Positions 26,684-36,489 of a stretch of DNA of 64,000 nt are shown here, in pieces. Source of the DNA: an uncultured bacterium (GTDB taxonomy: Bacteria > Patescibacteriota > Minisyncoccia > Phycocordibacterales > UBA6065); the NCBI GenBank assembly GCA_966243015.1, contig CBIMES010000001.1, positions 426,076 to 490,075 of the forward strand, in the 5' to 3' direction. Position numbers and translations under genes: made by a program. The number at the start of each line of letters is the position of its first letter. Position 1 is the first letter of the stretch. Below the pieces are notes generated by a model. It ran no database searches. It worked only from the letters and a program-made list of their open reading frames with translations, and was not told the origin of the DNA.

Positions 26684-29600
26684 CTATTTGGAAGCCTGAA
26701 GGTCCTCCACGTAGGCCTTTACGAGGTACGAGAGCGACACCACGAGAACCGCGAGGAGATTGATGAGGCCGAGGGCAAGGACCCACGACATTCCAAGACC
26801 CGTGCTCTGGGTGAACCAGTCAGGGTCCTTCATAAAGGACATGGTGTTAAGGACATTAAGGACAGTTCCCGCCGCAAGACCCGTCGCTCCCTTGATAAAG
26901 GACATGCGAGTTGCGGCCCCGGTAAGACCTCGGGCGAAGATACCCCTGAGAATATAGGCCGTTCCGATGGTGATAAGCAGGACTATGAGAAGCGGATACC
27001 ACGGAATGCTCTTGAAGAAGTTGATTACCCCCTCAGAGAACGCTCCGAATACACCCGCGAGGTTCTCGAAGATTGATCCCGATGTGCTGGTTGCCGAGGT
27101 GGTAGCCATGCCGATGGCACCCTCGAAGTCGCCCGAGTTGTCGATGACAGGCTCCTCGGTTGGCTGAATGCCGATATCGAAGTCGAGATCACCTGGCTGA
27201 TAGATAGGATTCTCGTCACAGAAGAATCGGTTGATGTATGACGAGGTCGTGATATAGACGATACCAGTAGGCTCCGCGATGTTCCACGGGGCGAGGATCT
27301 CGTCAGCGTGTCGGGTCTGGAGGAGCATGACGGCCTGCTCGGTGGCGTCGTCAAAGAATCCGCTGATCTCGAGGTTAGTGCCCTCGTAGGTATTGAGGAA
27401 CCACTGGAGCTTTCGCACCTCGTTAGGATCGTTCTGAGATCCCTTTCGGAGATACGACACGAGGAAATCAGACGCTGGGCAGAAGTTTACAGTTGGAATG
27501 ACCGTCGTGATGGTCGTCGCGGTAGAGCATCCGAATCCTATGCACGGACCGCCGCTTCGTCCGCCGCCGCCTCCGCCACCCGTAGTGCCGGGAGGGGTCA
27601 CCGTGTCATCGTTATCGAAGTTAATGATAGAAACGCTCTGGGCAGGGAGGCCGTTGTAGTTTGCGTCCGTGCTGCTCGAAGGGCCCACGTTTACCGCGTA
27701 GGTAACGTCGCCGTCATCAACGGTATCGTCGACGCCCGTCACAATGACCGTCTGGTAGACGTTCCAGTTCGCGGGGGTGAAGGTGAGAGCCGCGACCGTG
27801 GTGCTTCCCTCCGTAGTGTCAGAGACGACAATCGGGAGAGTCACGTTACCCGTAGGTGCCGACGAGAGGACAACGGTGAAGGCCGCGGTCGCGCCCGCCT
27901 CGCTCGTAGTGAGGCCAGAGGTGTTTCCGAGAACGAGTCCAACGCCCGTGACGCCTCCCGTGATGGTTACGGTGAAGGTTCGAGCGGTAGAAGTTGCCCC
28001 GTGCACGTCTCGAGCAAACACGCCGAAGGTGTGAGGGCCTGATACCGTCCACGACATAGATCGGCTTACGGCTACGCCCGAAATGGTTACCGGAGTCCAC
28101 TCCTCGCCTGCCGAGGTCTCGATGGTCCCGTTGTTGTTCCAGTCAAAGCCGTACTGAATGTCATCGCCGTCTGCGTCAGTCGCAGTCGCGGTAAAGGTAT
28201 GAGAGACGTTTGCGGCCGCCGTAGTAGTGCCTGTAATCGAGTTAACTACCGGGGCGTTATTGCCTCCTGGATAGCAGCCTCCTCGAGGACCACAGTTGTC
28301 AGAAATAACGATAGTGTGAGACACACCAGCCGATCGGTTGCCGCTCGCATCCTCGGCGAACACCTTGAAAGTGTAGGTGCCGTCAGCAGACCAAGACTTC
28401 GAGCTGGTAGCGGCGGTTCCCGACGTCACGAACATGGTGTACGCGTCGATGGTTCCGTTGTTATCCCAGTCGAAGCCGTAGCGGACCGAGTCGCCGTCGG
28501 GGTCGGTGGCGGTAGCGCTGAAGGTATACGAGGTCGAAACATCTCCCGTCGTCGGACCACTTACAGCAAGACCGGTCGGCGCGCTGTTGCCGCCCGTACC
28601 ACCTCCCGAGGTGATGGTAATGGTGTGCGAGAGAGCCGAAGATCGCTCGCCCGCATTGTCCTCGGCGATGACCCTGAAGGTATAAGTTCCCGCCGCGCCC
28701 CATGAGTGAGAGGTCGTGGTTGAAACGCCCGATGCGCCAAAGGCCGTGTACTCCTCGTACGAGCCGTTGTTATCCCAGTCGAAGCCGTAGCGAACGGTAT
28801 CGCCCTCGGCGTCAGTCGCGCGAGTGGCGAAGTCATATGAAACGTTAACGGTTCCCGTCGTAGGACCGTTTACGGTGAAGTTGTCAGGGGCGGTATTTCC
28901 CGGGTAGCAGCCTCCTCGAGGGCCGCAGTTCTGGAGGGTGATGGTATGAGAGGTCGCGGCGGATCGGTTGCCGCTCGCGTCCTCCGCGAAAACCTTGAAA
29001 GTCTTTGCGCCCTCGTCGCTGAAGGTGTGCGAGAGGCTCATCGCCACGCCCGAAGTAGCGAGCGCGGTCCACTGGTCGATCGAGCCGTCGTTGTCCCAGT
29101 CGAAGCCGTAGCGGATCGAGTCGCCGTCGGGGTCAGTTGACTGAGCCGAGAACGAGTACGACACACCCGCATCTCCGCCCGTAGGTCCGACAACTACCGG
29201 TGCGGTAGGCGCGTCGTTGGTGGCAGGGCCGCCGCGGACGACAGCCTCGATGACGATCTGTCCGTGCGCGCCGTTTCCTCCGAGAGCCACGTCAGATCCG
29301 CCCGCGCCCGCCGCGGGGGCCACGCCGTCAGCTCCAGCGCCTGTGGTCGAAAGGGATCCGCCAGCGCCTCCGCGAGCTCCGTCGCCTCCGTCAGTCGACG
29401 AGACATTGCTCGCCGAATCAAAGGAAATCGCGGTAGCGGACTCTCCTGACTCGAGAGTGCGCCCAACAAGGCCCGCACCGCCCGCGCCTGTGAAGGCGGC
29501 GCCGTCAGCGGCAAGCGGGTTCACGGTGACGACCGTGTCGGCAGCAGTGCTGTCCGAGGTTACGCTCTCGTCTGGACCGGTGTAGCAGCCGCCTCGAGGA

Positions 29601-30334
29601 CCGCAGTTGTCCACGGTGACCGAAAGAGACGCAGATGCGGTGCCGCCAAGACCCGTACAGGTAAAAGTGACGGAACCCGAGGAGGTTCGAGTTACCGACT
29701 GAGAGCCCGAGGTCGGCTTCGCGCCAGAGATCATGCCTGATGCGGTGCACGAATCAGTGTGATTCGAAGACCATACGATGGTCGTTGACTGACCCGAGTT
29801 GAATCGCTTCGGGGTAGCACTGAGCGAGATGGTCGGCGCAGGAGCCTGGAGCTCAGTCCCCCTCTTGCCGCCGATTCCGCCGGCAGCGCTCGTAAGAGTG
29901 CTAGTTGACGAGCTAAACGAGGAAGCCTGGCCAGATCGGCCAGCGCCCTCCTCAGACGAAACACCCCCACGACCGACTACGGCCGTGAAGGTATCACCAG
30001 GGGTAACAAAGGCGTCATTCTCCGCGTATCCGCCGCCTCCGCCGCCGCCTCCGCCGAGGACATGAGAAGTGGTCGTCGCGCCCTTTCCGCCAGATCCGCC
30101 AGCACCCCACGTCTTGACGCGAATCTCAGTAACGCCGTCAGGAACGGTCCACGTAGTCGTTCCAGGAGTAGTAATCGTCTCGATAACCACAGTCTCGACA
30201 TGGCCGGGAGCGACCACGGGAAGCGTGAAGGCCGATGCAGCGATTGGCTGGAACAGCGACACCACGACCGCAAAAGAAAGGGCCGCGGAAAGCGCTTTCT
30301 GGGAGAATCTCTGGTTTTTCATGAATATATTCAT
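26684..30334 (-). CDS. Giant surface protein (1216 aa): signal peptide, Gly-rich region, 4 tandem PKD-like repeats separated by NCGPRGGCY linkers, Calx-beta-like domain, PG-binding-like domain, 2 C-terminal TM helices
   Basis: Repeated RYGFDWDNNG...GTYTF[KR]V[FI]AEDxxG[NE]RS units at aa 375-795. VDDTVDDGDVTYAVNV matches Calx-beta. VRKLQWFLNTYEGTNLEISGFFDDATEQAVMLLQ matches PG_binding. C-terminal hydrophobic helices at aa 1110-1130 and 1180-1205. Confidence 0.9.
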   Translation of the reverse strand: MNIFMKNQRFSQKALSAALSFAVVVSLFQPIAASAFTLPVVAPGHVETVVIETITTPGTTTWTVPDGVTEIRVKTWGAGGSGGKGATTTSHVLGGGGGGGGGYAENDAFVTPGDTFTAVVGRGGVSSEEGAGRSGQASSFSSSTSTLTSAAGGIGGKRGTELQAPAPTISLSATPKRFNSGQSTTIVWSSNHTDSCTASGMISGAKPTSGSQSVTRTSSGSVTFTCTGLGGTASASLSVTVDNCGPRGGCYTGPDESVTSDSTAADTVVTVNPLAADGAAFTGAGGAGLVGRTLESGESATAISFDSASNVSSTDGGDGARGGAGGSLSTTGAGADGVAPAAGAGGSDVALGGNGAHGQIVIEAVVRGGPATNDAPTAPVVVGPTGGDAGVSYSFSAQSTDPDGDSIRYGFDWDNDGSIDQWTALATSGVAMSLSHTFSDEGAKTFKVFAEDASGNRSAATSHTITLQNCGPRGGCYPGNTAPDNFTVNGPTTGTVNVSYDFATRATDAEGDTVRYGFDWDNNGSYEEYTAFGASGVSTTTSHSWGAAGTYTFRVIAEDNAGERSSALSHTITITSGGGTGGNSAPTGLAVSGPTTGDVSTSYTFSATATDPDGDSVRYGFDWDNNGTIDAYTMFVTSGTAATSSKSWSADGTYTFKVFAEDASGNRSAGVSHTIVISDNCGPRGGCYPGGNNAPVVNSITGTTTAAANVSHTFTATATDADGDDIQYGFDWNNNGTIETSAGEEWTPVTISGVAVSRSMSWTVSGPHTFGVFARDVHGATSTARTFTVTITGGVTGVGLVLGNTSGLTTSEAGATAAFTVVLSSAPTGNVTLPIVVSDTTEGSTTVAALTFTPANWNVYQTVIVTGVDDTVDDGDVTYAVNVGPSSSTDANYNGLPAQSVSIINFDNDDTVTPPGTTGGGGGGGRSGGPCIGFGCSTATTITTVIPTVNFCPASDFLVSYLRKGSQNDPNEVRKLQWFLNTYEGTNLEISGFFDDATEQAVMLLQTRHADEILAPWNIAEPTGIVYITTSSYINRFFCDENPIYQPGDLDFDIGIQPTEEPVIDNSGDFEGAIGMATTSATSTSGSIFENLAGVFGAFSEGVINFFKSIPWYPLLIVLLITIGTAYILRGIFARGLTGAATRMSFIKGATGLAAGTVLNVLNTMSFMKDPDWFTQSTGLGMSWVLALGLINLLAVLVVSLSYLVKAYVEDLQASK

Positions 30335-30418
30335 TTCAGCTAATACTTGACGACTTGAGTTTGATACTATTTATTTTCGTTCCCCTGTCAATACTCAAAA
30401 CGCCGAAAAATGGCTTAA

Positions 30419-30504
30419 ATAAAGGACATAATCAATGTCTTTTACTGTCCTTTATAAAATCTCTTATTTCCCAAAGGTTTCATGAATTTGTTACATAAAG
30501 GACA
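30419..30504. promoter_or_regulatory. Three copies of ATAAAGGACA (two direct at 30419 and 30495, one inverted at 30447) in the divergent promoter region between the giant gene and the 30647 gene
   Basis: Read directly. Copies 1 and 2 form an inverted repeat around the internal palindrome GACATAATCAATGTC. Confidence 0.5.
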
Positions 30505-30646
30505 TATTCCCAGAAAACACCGTGAAACGGCAATTTCGCACTGTCACCCCTCACATTGACAAAAGTTCGATTTTATTTAATATCAAAAACAGACGAACCT
30601 CGTCACACACCGTTCGAAACCTTCAACCAAGAAAGTCCTGTAACTC

Positions 30647-31489
30647 ATGAAATTCAGAAATCTGCGGGCTTCGCTCGCGCTTATCACCGGTGCGCTCCTC
30701 GCGAGCGTGGCCGTCGCCAGCGATCAGTGGAACACTCGCCTCGAAGGCTACAAGACCGGCAAGGAAAATCCCGTAACCTTCAGCGTGCAGAGCAACTACC
30801 AGAGTAACTCCGTGACCGACAACGGCGTCTCCTACGACGATCCCTCGTGGCGAACCGATCTCGCGATCGACGTCCCCTGGGGAGTCCGTCTCGGCGGCAC
30901 CATCATCAGCGGCATCGGAAACGACGATCCCTTCACCGACGAGAAGAGGCTCTTCGCGGAGAAAACCTTCTTCTTCTGCGACGAGCTCGACTTCACCGTT
31001 GGCTACCGCCACGAGTTCCTCTACGAGGGCTACGGCGACTGGGACATCGACGCGCCCTATGTCGAGCTGGGCAAGAACTTCTCGTTCGCGGATGACGACA
31101 TTCGCATCCGAGCCTACGTGCGTGCGGAATACTGGCACACGTCGGCCACGGACGATAACGGGATCATCCCCGAAATCGGCCTCCGTGCCCTGCTCAAGCT
31201 CAGCAACCGCTTCTCGCTCGACCTGCGCTTCTCGGCCTTAAACGACCCGGGTATCCAGGGCGGCAACGGCGGCATGATCACGAGAGGCGAAGGGTATGTG
31301 AACTACGACGTCACGGAGGACGGGCTCGCCCGTATCTTCGCCGGCGGCGAGGTCTATAACCCCTGGAGCACCGACGGTCCCGTCGACGTTCGAGAGAAGC
31401 AGGGCCTCTTCAAGGCAGGCTTCAAGGTTGACGACATCGGCGCGGTGGGTAGCAAAATCTACAACCGCATCAAGGGCGAGGCCCAGTAA
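30647..31489 (+). CDS. Secreted beta-rich protein of unknown function (possible beta-barrel)
   Basis: Signal peptide with ASD cleavage-like site and alternating hydrophobic beta-strand pattern. Asp/Gly-rich. Confidence 0.65.
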   Translation: MKFRNLRASLALITGALLASVAVASDQWNTRLEGYKTGKENPVTFSVQSNYQSNSVTDNGVSYDDPSWRTDLAIDVPWGVRLGGTIISGIGNDDPFTDEKRLFAEKTFFFCDELDFTVGYRHEFLYEGYGDWDIDAPYVELGKNFSFADDDIRIRAYVRAEYWHTSATDDNGIIPEIGLRALLKLSNRFSLDLRFSALNDPGIQGGNGGMITRGEGYVNYDVTEDGLARIFAGGEVYNPWSTDGPVDVREKQGLFKAGFKVDDIGAVGSKIYNRIKGEAQ

Positions 31490-31512
31490 GTTCCTTCAAC
31501 ATTAGTCAGTTC

Positions 31513-31552
31513 AGTCCGCCAGCGCGCAAGCGTGTGGCGGACTTTTATTTCG
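31513..31552 (+). terminator. Hairpin gtccgccagcgcgcaagcgtgtggcggac followed by ttttattt
   Basis: Read directly. Confidence 0.65.
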
Positions 31553-31634
31553 CCCGCGAGACGTGGTAGAATGACAGTCCGTCAGAATCGTTCTTTGGCA
31601 CCGTTCAACAAACCCTGAAAACACTGGAGGAATC

Positions 31635-31988
31635 ATGCACCGTCACGAAGAGGCAGGCTATGTTCGTCCGAAAGGTCAGTGGACTCCCTACATCAAGGCG
31701 ATCGAGCGCAACGATGGCAACACCATCAAGCTCTCCTGCAAGAAGGCGAAACCTCACACGTTCAACCGCGGAGACGTCGAACCCTACCCTGACTACGTCA
31801 TGGCAGGGGAGGATTTCTTTGGCGGCCAACGCTTCGAGATATTCCGCATCGTCGATCCCTGGGAGGCACTCCTCGAGGACGGCACCCTCCGCGTCCTCAG
31901 CCAACAAGGGATATACGTCTTGCTTCCCTCCCACCTCGCCGAACCTTCGGCCGGGTGGATCGAAGCCCAGACAGCGGTCGCTGTCTAG
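31635..31988 (+). CDS. Hypothetical protein (117 aa)
   Basis: ORF-track ORF followed by a terminator hairpin at 31996-32035. Confidence 0.45.
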   Translation: MHRHEEAGYVRPKGQWTPYIKAIERNDGNTIKLSCKKAKPHTFNRGDVEPYPDYVMAGEDFFGGQRFEIFRIVDPWEALLEDGTLRVLSQQGIYVLLPSHLAEPSAGWIEAQTAVAV

Positions 31989-32065
31989 CAGCCGTAGCAA
32001 AGCCCCGAGCGACACACATCGCCCGGGGCTTTTTCATTTCATGATTACCGTGCCGCCACCAACCC

Positions 32066-33439
32066 TTACCCCCTCGGATCGAAGATGCTCGGCGGAAGCC
32101 TCTCGCCCCTGATGATGCGGGAGATACGCTCTGCGCCGTACACGGACGGGAGAATGCCGACGCCGTTACAGCCGAGATTATAGAGAAGCGATCGGTTCTT
32201 CGGTTCCTCGCCCACCACCCTCACGCCGCTCGGCGTGTATCCCATGAGCCCGTGCCAGGTAAACTGATAGTCGATCTTCCTGTTGGGGTCAGTGTCATAG
32301 GTGGTCTTAACAAATTTGTCGATCTTGGCCTTCTCCTGGTCTGGGTAGTCGAGGTCAGTCGTGTACTGAGAGCGCTCCTCGAGCGAGAACTCGGGACCGC
32401 CCACGCTGATGAGGTTAAAGGCCGACGCGCCCTCCCCCTCGAAATGCCTGCGGGTCAGGTAGAAATACGGGTCTGCGGCGTACGGATCGTCAGAGTCCGT
32501 TGCCGACGGCTCGAAATAGCTGATGGCGACCGGCGGCTTGTTCATCGGCTCGAGATACGCCGACATGTATCCCACCATACCCTTCACGAGATGATGGAAC
32601 TTGGTCTCGATAGACAGCCCTCCCTCGTTGATGATGGTGAGGCTCTCGAAGCCATTGGTGCAGAGGATCACGCGCTCGGCGACGACCGTGTGCTTCACCA
32701 CGTCGAGGAAGGCCTTGCCGTCGTGCAGCGCGACCTTCTGGACCGGCGCATGCTCGTAGAGCGCGAAACGCAACGGGTAAGTCTTCTCGAGATAGCCGAT
32801 GATCTCCTGGCAGAACAGCGCCGAGTTAAGGCAGCCCTTCTGGAACGAGATGACGGCGTGATAGGTCGAGTTCTTGGTCTGGAGCAGCTCCGAGATTTCC
32901 TCCTGTGGGACAAGCTCGTAGAGATCCGCGTACTCTGCGGGCAGACTACCAGCGAACGGCGCGTCCTTGGAAACCTTGAACACCTCCGTCCGTATGCCCG
33001 CCCTGCGGCGGTACTGGTTGTCCTTCAGGTGCCTGACGACCTGGTCGTACGTCGAGAGACCCGCGTGGCCCATGAAGCGGGACATCGGTAGGGTGAGCCC
33101 GGCCTCGGTATACATCTGGTCGAGCAGACCCCACGCAGACTCGACGGAGGCCTGTGCCTCGGCGGCCTGTTCGAGGCCAAACTCGTCGGCGATCTCGGAG
33201 AAAGGCCTCTCGAAATAGCTCGCGATCTGACCGGCATTGTGACCCGTCGCGCCACGGGCGAACCTCCCCTTCTCGAGGACAATGACGTTCTTGTCGGTAT
33301 TACGCAGGAGAAAGAAGGCGGTCGATATGCCCGCGATGCCCGCGCCGACGATAGCGACGTCAGTCGAGAGATCAGAGAAAAGAGTGTTAACCTGCCTGTC
33401 CTGCCTGAGCTGGTGAATCCAAGGTGATCTGTTAGCCAT
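32066..33439 (-). CDS. FAD-dependent oxidoreductase (DAO family)
   Basis: N-terminal DVAIVGAGIAGISTAFFL Rossmann motif over a length of 457 aa. Confidence 0.85.
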   Translation of the reverse strand: MANRSPWIHQLRQDRQVNTLFSDLSTDVAIVGAGIAGISTAFFLLRNTDKNVIVLEKGRFARGATGHNAGQIASYFERPFSEIADEFGLEQAAEAQASVESAWGLLDQMYTEAGLTLPMSRFMGHAGLSTYDQVVRHLKDNQYRRRAGIRTEVFKVSKDAPFAGSLPAEYADLYELVPQEEISELLQTKNSTYHAVISFQKGCLNSALFCQEIIGYLEKTYPLRFALYEHAPVQKVALHDGKAFLDVVKHTVVAERVILCTNGFESLTIINEGGLSIETKFHHLVKGMVGYMSAYLEPMNKPPVAISYFEPSATDSDDPYAADPYFYLTRRHFEGEGASAFNLISVGGPEFSLEERSQYTTDLDYPDQEKAKIDKFVKTTYDTDPNRKIDYQFTWHGLMGYTPSGVRVVGEEPKNRSLLYNLGCNGVGILPSVYGAERISRIIRGERLPPSIFDPRG

Positions 33440-33485
33440 TATGCGATGTTCGTGAAAATTTTATAAAGAGATTGAGGGACAGCAG

Positions 33486-34556
33486 CTAGATGAAGCGAAT
33501 CGTCTCCATGATCTTCTTGAAGGTCGAGACGAGGGCCGCACGGTCAAACTCCTTTCTGGTGCCCTCGGGATAATTCGCCAGGACGGTCGAGTGAATGTAG
33601 AACCTGACGCCGTAGCAGAGCTCACGCTGCTTGGTCACGTACACTGACTCCTCGTACCTGTTCCCCGCTCCCGCGCCCGTGGACTGGGCGTAGGTGTATC
33701 TGTTCTGACCGACGGTGACCGGCGTTCCCTTTGACGTCGTCTGTATGAAGTCTGAAGGCGTGCAGGCCGCACGGGACAGGACCTCGACGCTCATGCGCGT
33801 GTCGGTCGAGAGATTCGTCCCCGTCGCCATCTCAGCGGGAATCGTGAAGGATATGCCGGGAATCTCCTTGCCCGGACCAAGGGTGTAGTTGAAATAGGAC
33901 TCGTTGACGGAGAAGGTCTCGGGAACCTCTGCCTCGAAGCCGAACGAGGCGTTCGAATACGGAAGCCAGGCGCCCTCGTCCGAGGAAACGAACGAGACGC
34001 TGCGCAGGAGGTCGTCGAAGAGGCCGAGAATCTCGTCCTCGGGAGTAAGCCAGGTCACCGAGAACATATAGACATAGTCAGGCCGCGCGATGACGACGGA
34101 CTTGCCCTCATACAAGCCAGACCAGGTGTACGACACGCCCTCCTTGCCATCAACGGTCGCCGGGATGAGCCTTCCGTCGCCCAGCTTCCAGTTCGAGTCT
34201 GACGTCGTCGTGGCAAAGCGCTCGGCCGTGAATTCGTCGAGGTCATTCTGGAATATGTCGACGGTGATTGCCGTCGGCCCCTCGCCGTTCTGGACCTCGG
34301 GAACCAGGTCAGGGGTCATCACGATCGAGTGCCTGACGCGGGAGCCCGACGAGATGTCTCGATCAGAGAGCTTGTACCAGACGGGATAACTGAAGCTCAG
34401 GTTAAACCTGTCCGAAAAATACCATTCGGTCGTCGGCTCCTCGATGACTTGGCCTTGCCCGGTGGCACCCTCCTGGACGCGCAGGACAAAGCCGATCGAC
34501 ACCCAAACCAGGGCGATGGCGGCGACAAGCGATCCGAACACAAAAGCCTTCTTCAT
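33486..34556 (-). CDS. Hypothetical membrane-anchored extracytoplasmic protein
   Basis: N-terminal TM helix and a long beta-rich ectodomain. Confidence 0.65.
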   Translation of the reverse strand: MKKAFVFGSLVAAIALVWVSIGFVLRVQEGATGQGQVIEEPTTEWYFSDRFNLSFSYPVWYKLSDRDISSGSRVRHSIVMTPDLVPEVQNGEGPTAITVDIFQNDLDEFTAERFATTTSDSNWKLGDGRLIPATVDGKEGVSYTWSGLYEGKSVVIARPDYVYMFSVTWLTPEDEILGLFDDLLRSVSFVSSDEGAWLPYSNASFGFEAEVPETFSVNESYFNYTLGPGKEIPGISFTIPAEMATGTNLSTDTRMSVEVLSRAACTPSDFIQTTSKGTPVTVGQNRYTYAQSTGAGAGNRYEESVYVTKQRELCYGVRFYIHSTVLANYPEGTRKEFDRAALVSTFKKIMETIRFI

Positions 34557-34594
34557 ATGCTTCTATTCTACTATATATGTGGTAACCTTGGCGC

Positions 34595-35920
34595 ATGGCA
34601 AAACTCAAAAAGGACGAATACGACATCGTGGTCATCGGCGGCGGCGCCGCGGGCATGATGGCGGCGGGGCGCGCGGCCGAGCTGGGCGCAGACGTCCTTC
34701 TCGTCGAGAAGAACGACAGTCTCGGCAAGAAACTCCTCATCACGGGTGGGGGCCGCTGCAATGTCACGAACGACGAGCCCGACACCCGATCATTTCTCGA
34801 CAAGCTTCGCGGCAAGGGCAAGTTCCTCTTCTCGGCCTTCGCCCAGCACGGCGTGAGCGACACGCTCGACTTCTTCCATAACCTCGGCATGAAGACCAAG
34901 GTCGAGAACGAGGGCCGCGTCTTCCCCGTCTCGGACTCGGCACGTTCGGTCTACGACGCGCTCGTGAAGAACATGAAGAATCACGGCGTCGAGGTCCTCA
35001 CAGGCCTCCCCGTCAAGAACTTCCACGCCTACGACGACAAGGTTGTCGGGGTGAATACCGAGCGCGGTACCATCAAGGCCAAGGCGTACATTCTCGCCAC
35101 AGGCGGCGTCTCGCATCCCGAGACTGGATCGACCGGCGAGGGTTTCGAGTGGATGAGGAACATGGGCCACGAGGTAAAGAAGATCGAGGCTGCTCTCGTC
35201 CCCATCAAGATCCGCGAGCAGTGGGTCAAGGACATCGCCGGCGTCTCGCATCAGCACGTGAAGTTCACTCTATACGTGAACGACAAGGCGACCGTCTCTC
35301 GCATCGGCCGCATGGTCTTCGCGCATTTCGGCGTGAGCGGACCCCTCGCCCTCAACTTCTCCCAGAGCGTGCGCGAGGCGCAGGATCGGGCAAAACCCGG
35401 CGACAAGATAGAGATTTCCCTCGACCTCTTCCCTGACTTCGACGCGGCAAGCCTCGACCTTCAGGTTCAGGACATGTTCAGGGCGAACAACAACAAGGTA
35501 CTCAAGAACGGCATCCGCGAGATGGTAACCCCTGCCCTCACCCCGACCGTACTCTCCCTCGCCAAGCTCGACGCCGACAAGGAGATCAACGTCGTCACTC
35601 GCGAGGAGCGACAGGCATTCGTAAGGACCCTCAAGGACATGCGCATGACACCCAGCGGGTTCGTCGAAACGAGCGAGGCCATCGTCGCCTCGGGAGGCGT
35701 GCAGCTCGAGAGCATCGACTTCCGCACCATGCAGTCGAAGATCATCTCAAACCTCTTCGTCATCGGCGACCTCCTCGACATCGAGCGACCGTCTGGCGGA
35801 TACAGCCTCCAGCTCTGCTGGACCACCGGCTGGGTCGCGGGCACCAACGCCGCCAAGTTCGTCGGCGCAAAGCCAAAGCCCAAGGCCAAGGCCGAGTCCC
35901 CGGCAAAGAAAAAGGAATAA
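34595..35920 (+). CDS. NAD(P)/FAD-dependent oxidoreductase, HI0933/BaiN-like flavoprotein
   Basis: DIVVIGGGAAGMMAAGRAA...GGGRCNVTN motif typical of the HI0933 family, with a Lys-rich C-terminus. Confidence 0.85.
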   Translation: MAKLKKDEYDIVVIGGGAAGMMAAGRAAELGADVLLVEKNDSLGKKLLITGGGRCNVTNDEPDTRSFLDKLRGKGKFLFSAFAQHGVSDTLDFFHNLGMKTKVENEGRVFPVSDSARSVYDALVKNMKNHGVEVLTGLPVKNFHAYDDKVVGVNTERGTIKAKAYILATGGVSHPETGSTGEGFEWMRNMGHEVKKIEAALVPIKIREQWVKDIAGVSHQHVKFTLYVNDKATVSRIGRMVFAHFGVSGPLALNFSQSVREAQDRAKPGDKIEISLDLFPDFDAASLDLQVQDMFRANNNKVLKNGIREMVTPALTPTVLSLAKLDADKEINVVTREERQAFVRTLKDMRMTPSGFVETSEAIVASGGVQLESIDFRTMQSKIISNLFVIGDLLDIERPSGGYSLQLCWTTGWVAGTNAAKFVGAKPKPKAKAESPAKKKE

Positions 35921-35951
35921 AAAAAACGGCTCAGTGCACTGAGCCGTTTCG
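35919..35951. terminator. Bidirectional terminator aaaaaaaaCGGCTCAGTGCACTGAGCCGtttcg (copy 2 of the hairpin family)
   Basis: Read directly. It sits between convergent genes. Confidence 0.8.
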
Positions 35952-35971
35952 CATGGCTCCACAGAGCCGTA

Positions 35972-36379
35972 TTAACGAACAACGGGCCAACGGGAACGGT
36001 ATGCCGCGCGCTCGGGAAAGCACTCCTGGTCGCTCGGCAGCATGACAATCGTCCTCGACCTGTCGCCTTCGGTGACTATCCATATCCTGACGAGGGTGAG
36101 CCCACACTCACAGGCATAGCACGAGAAGAGATACCCTCCCGAGCACAAGGCTCGGGGATTGTGCACCTCCCTCTCGATCTCGCTCACGTCGCCCCACATG
36201 CCTTTCTCGTGCTTGCCAAGCGCGACATCCATACAGCCCCAGTCGACAACGCCGATAAGCGAGGACGTGACGAAGATGTCGCCGAGCTTAAACAGCGGCA
36301 TCACCGCGACGCACCGACGCACCAGTCCCACTCTGACAAGGCCCGCGTTCTCTTTGATTTCTACGCGAGTGTTATTCAT
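35972..36379 (-). CDS. Hypothetical protein (135 aa), Cys-rich
   Basis: ORF-track ORF. Confidence 0.4.
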   Translation of the reverse strand: MNNTRVEIKENAGLVRVGLVRRCVAVMPLFKLGDIFVTSSLIGVVDWGCMDVALGKHEKGMWGDVSEIEREVHNPRALCSGGYLFSCYACECGLTLVRIWIVTEGDRSRTIVMLPSDQECFPERAAYRSRWPVVR

Positions 36380-36489
36380 AAGGATCAGACAAGAGTTTCG
36401 TTTCTGTATCTACCCTGAAGGATACCCTCAGACCGAAAGAAAGCAAGCGCGGCGACCTTGGTCGCCGCGCACTACAAACCTCGCCATTT

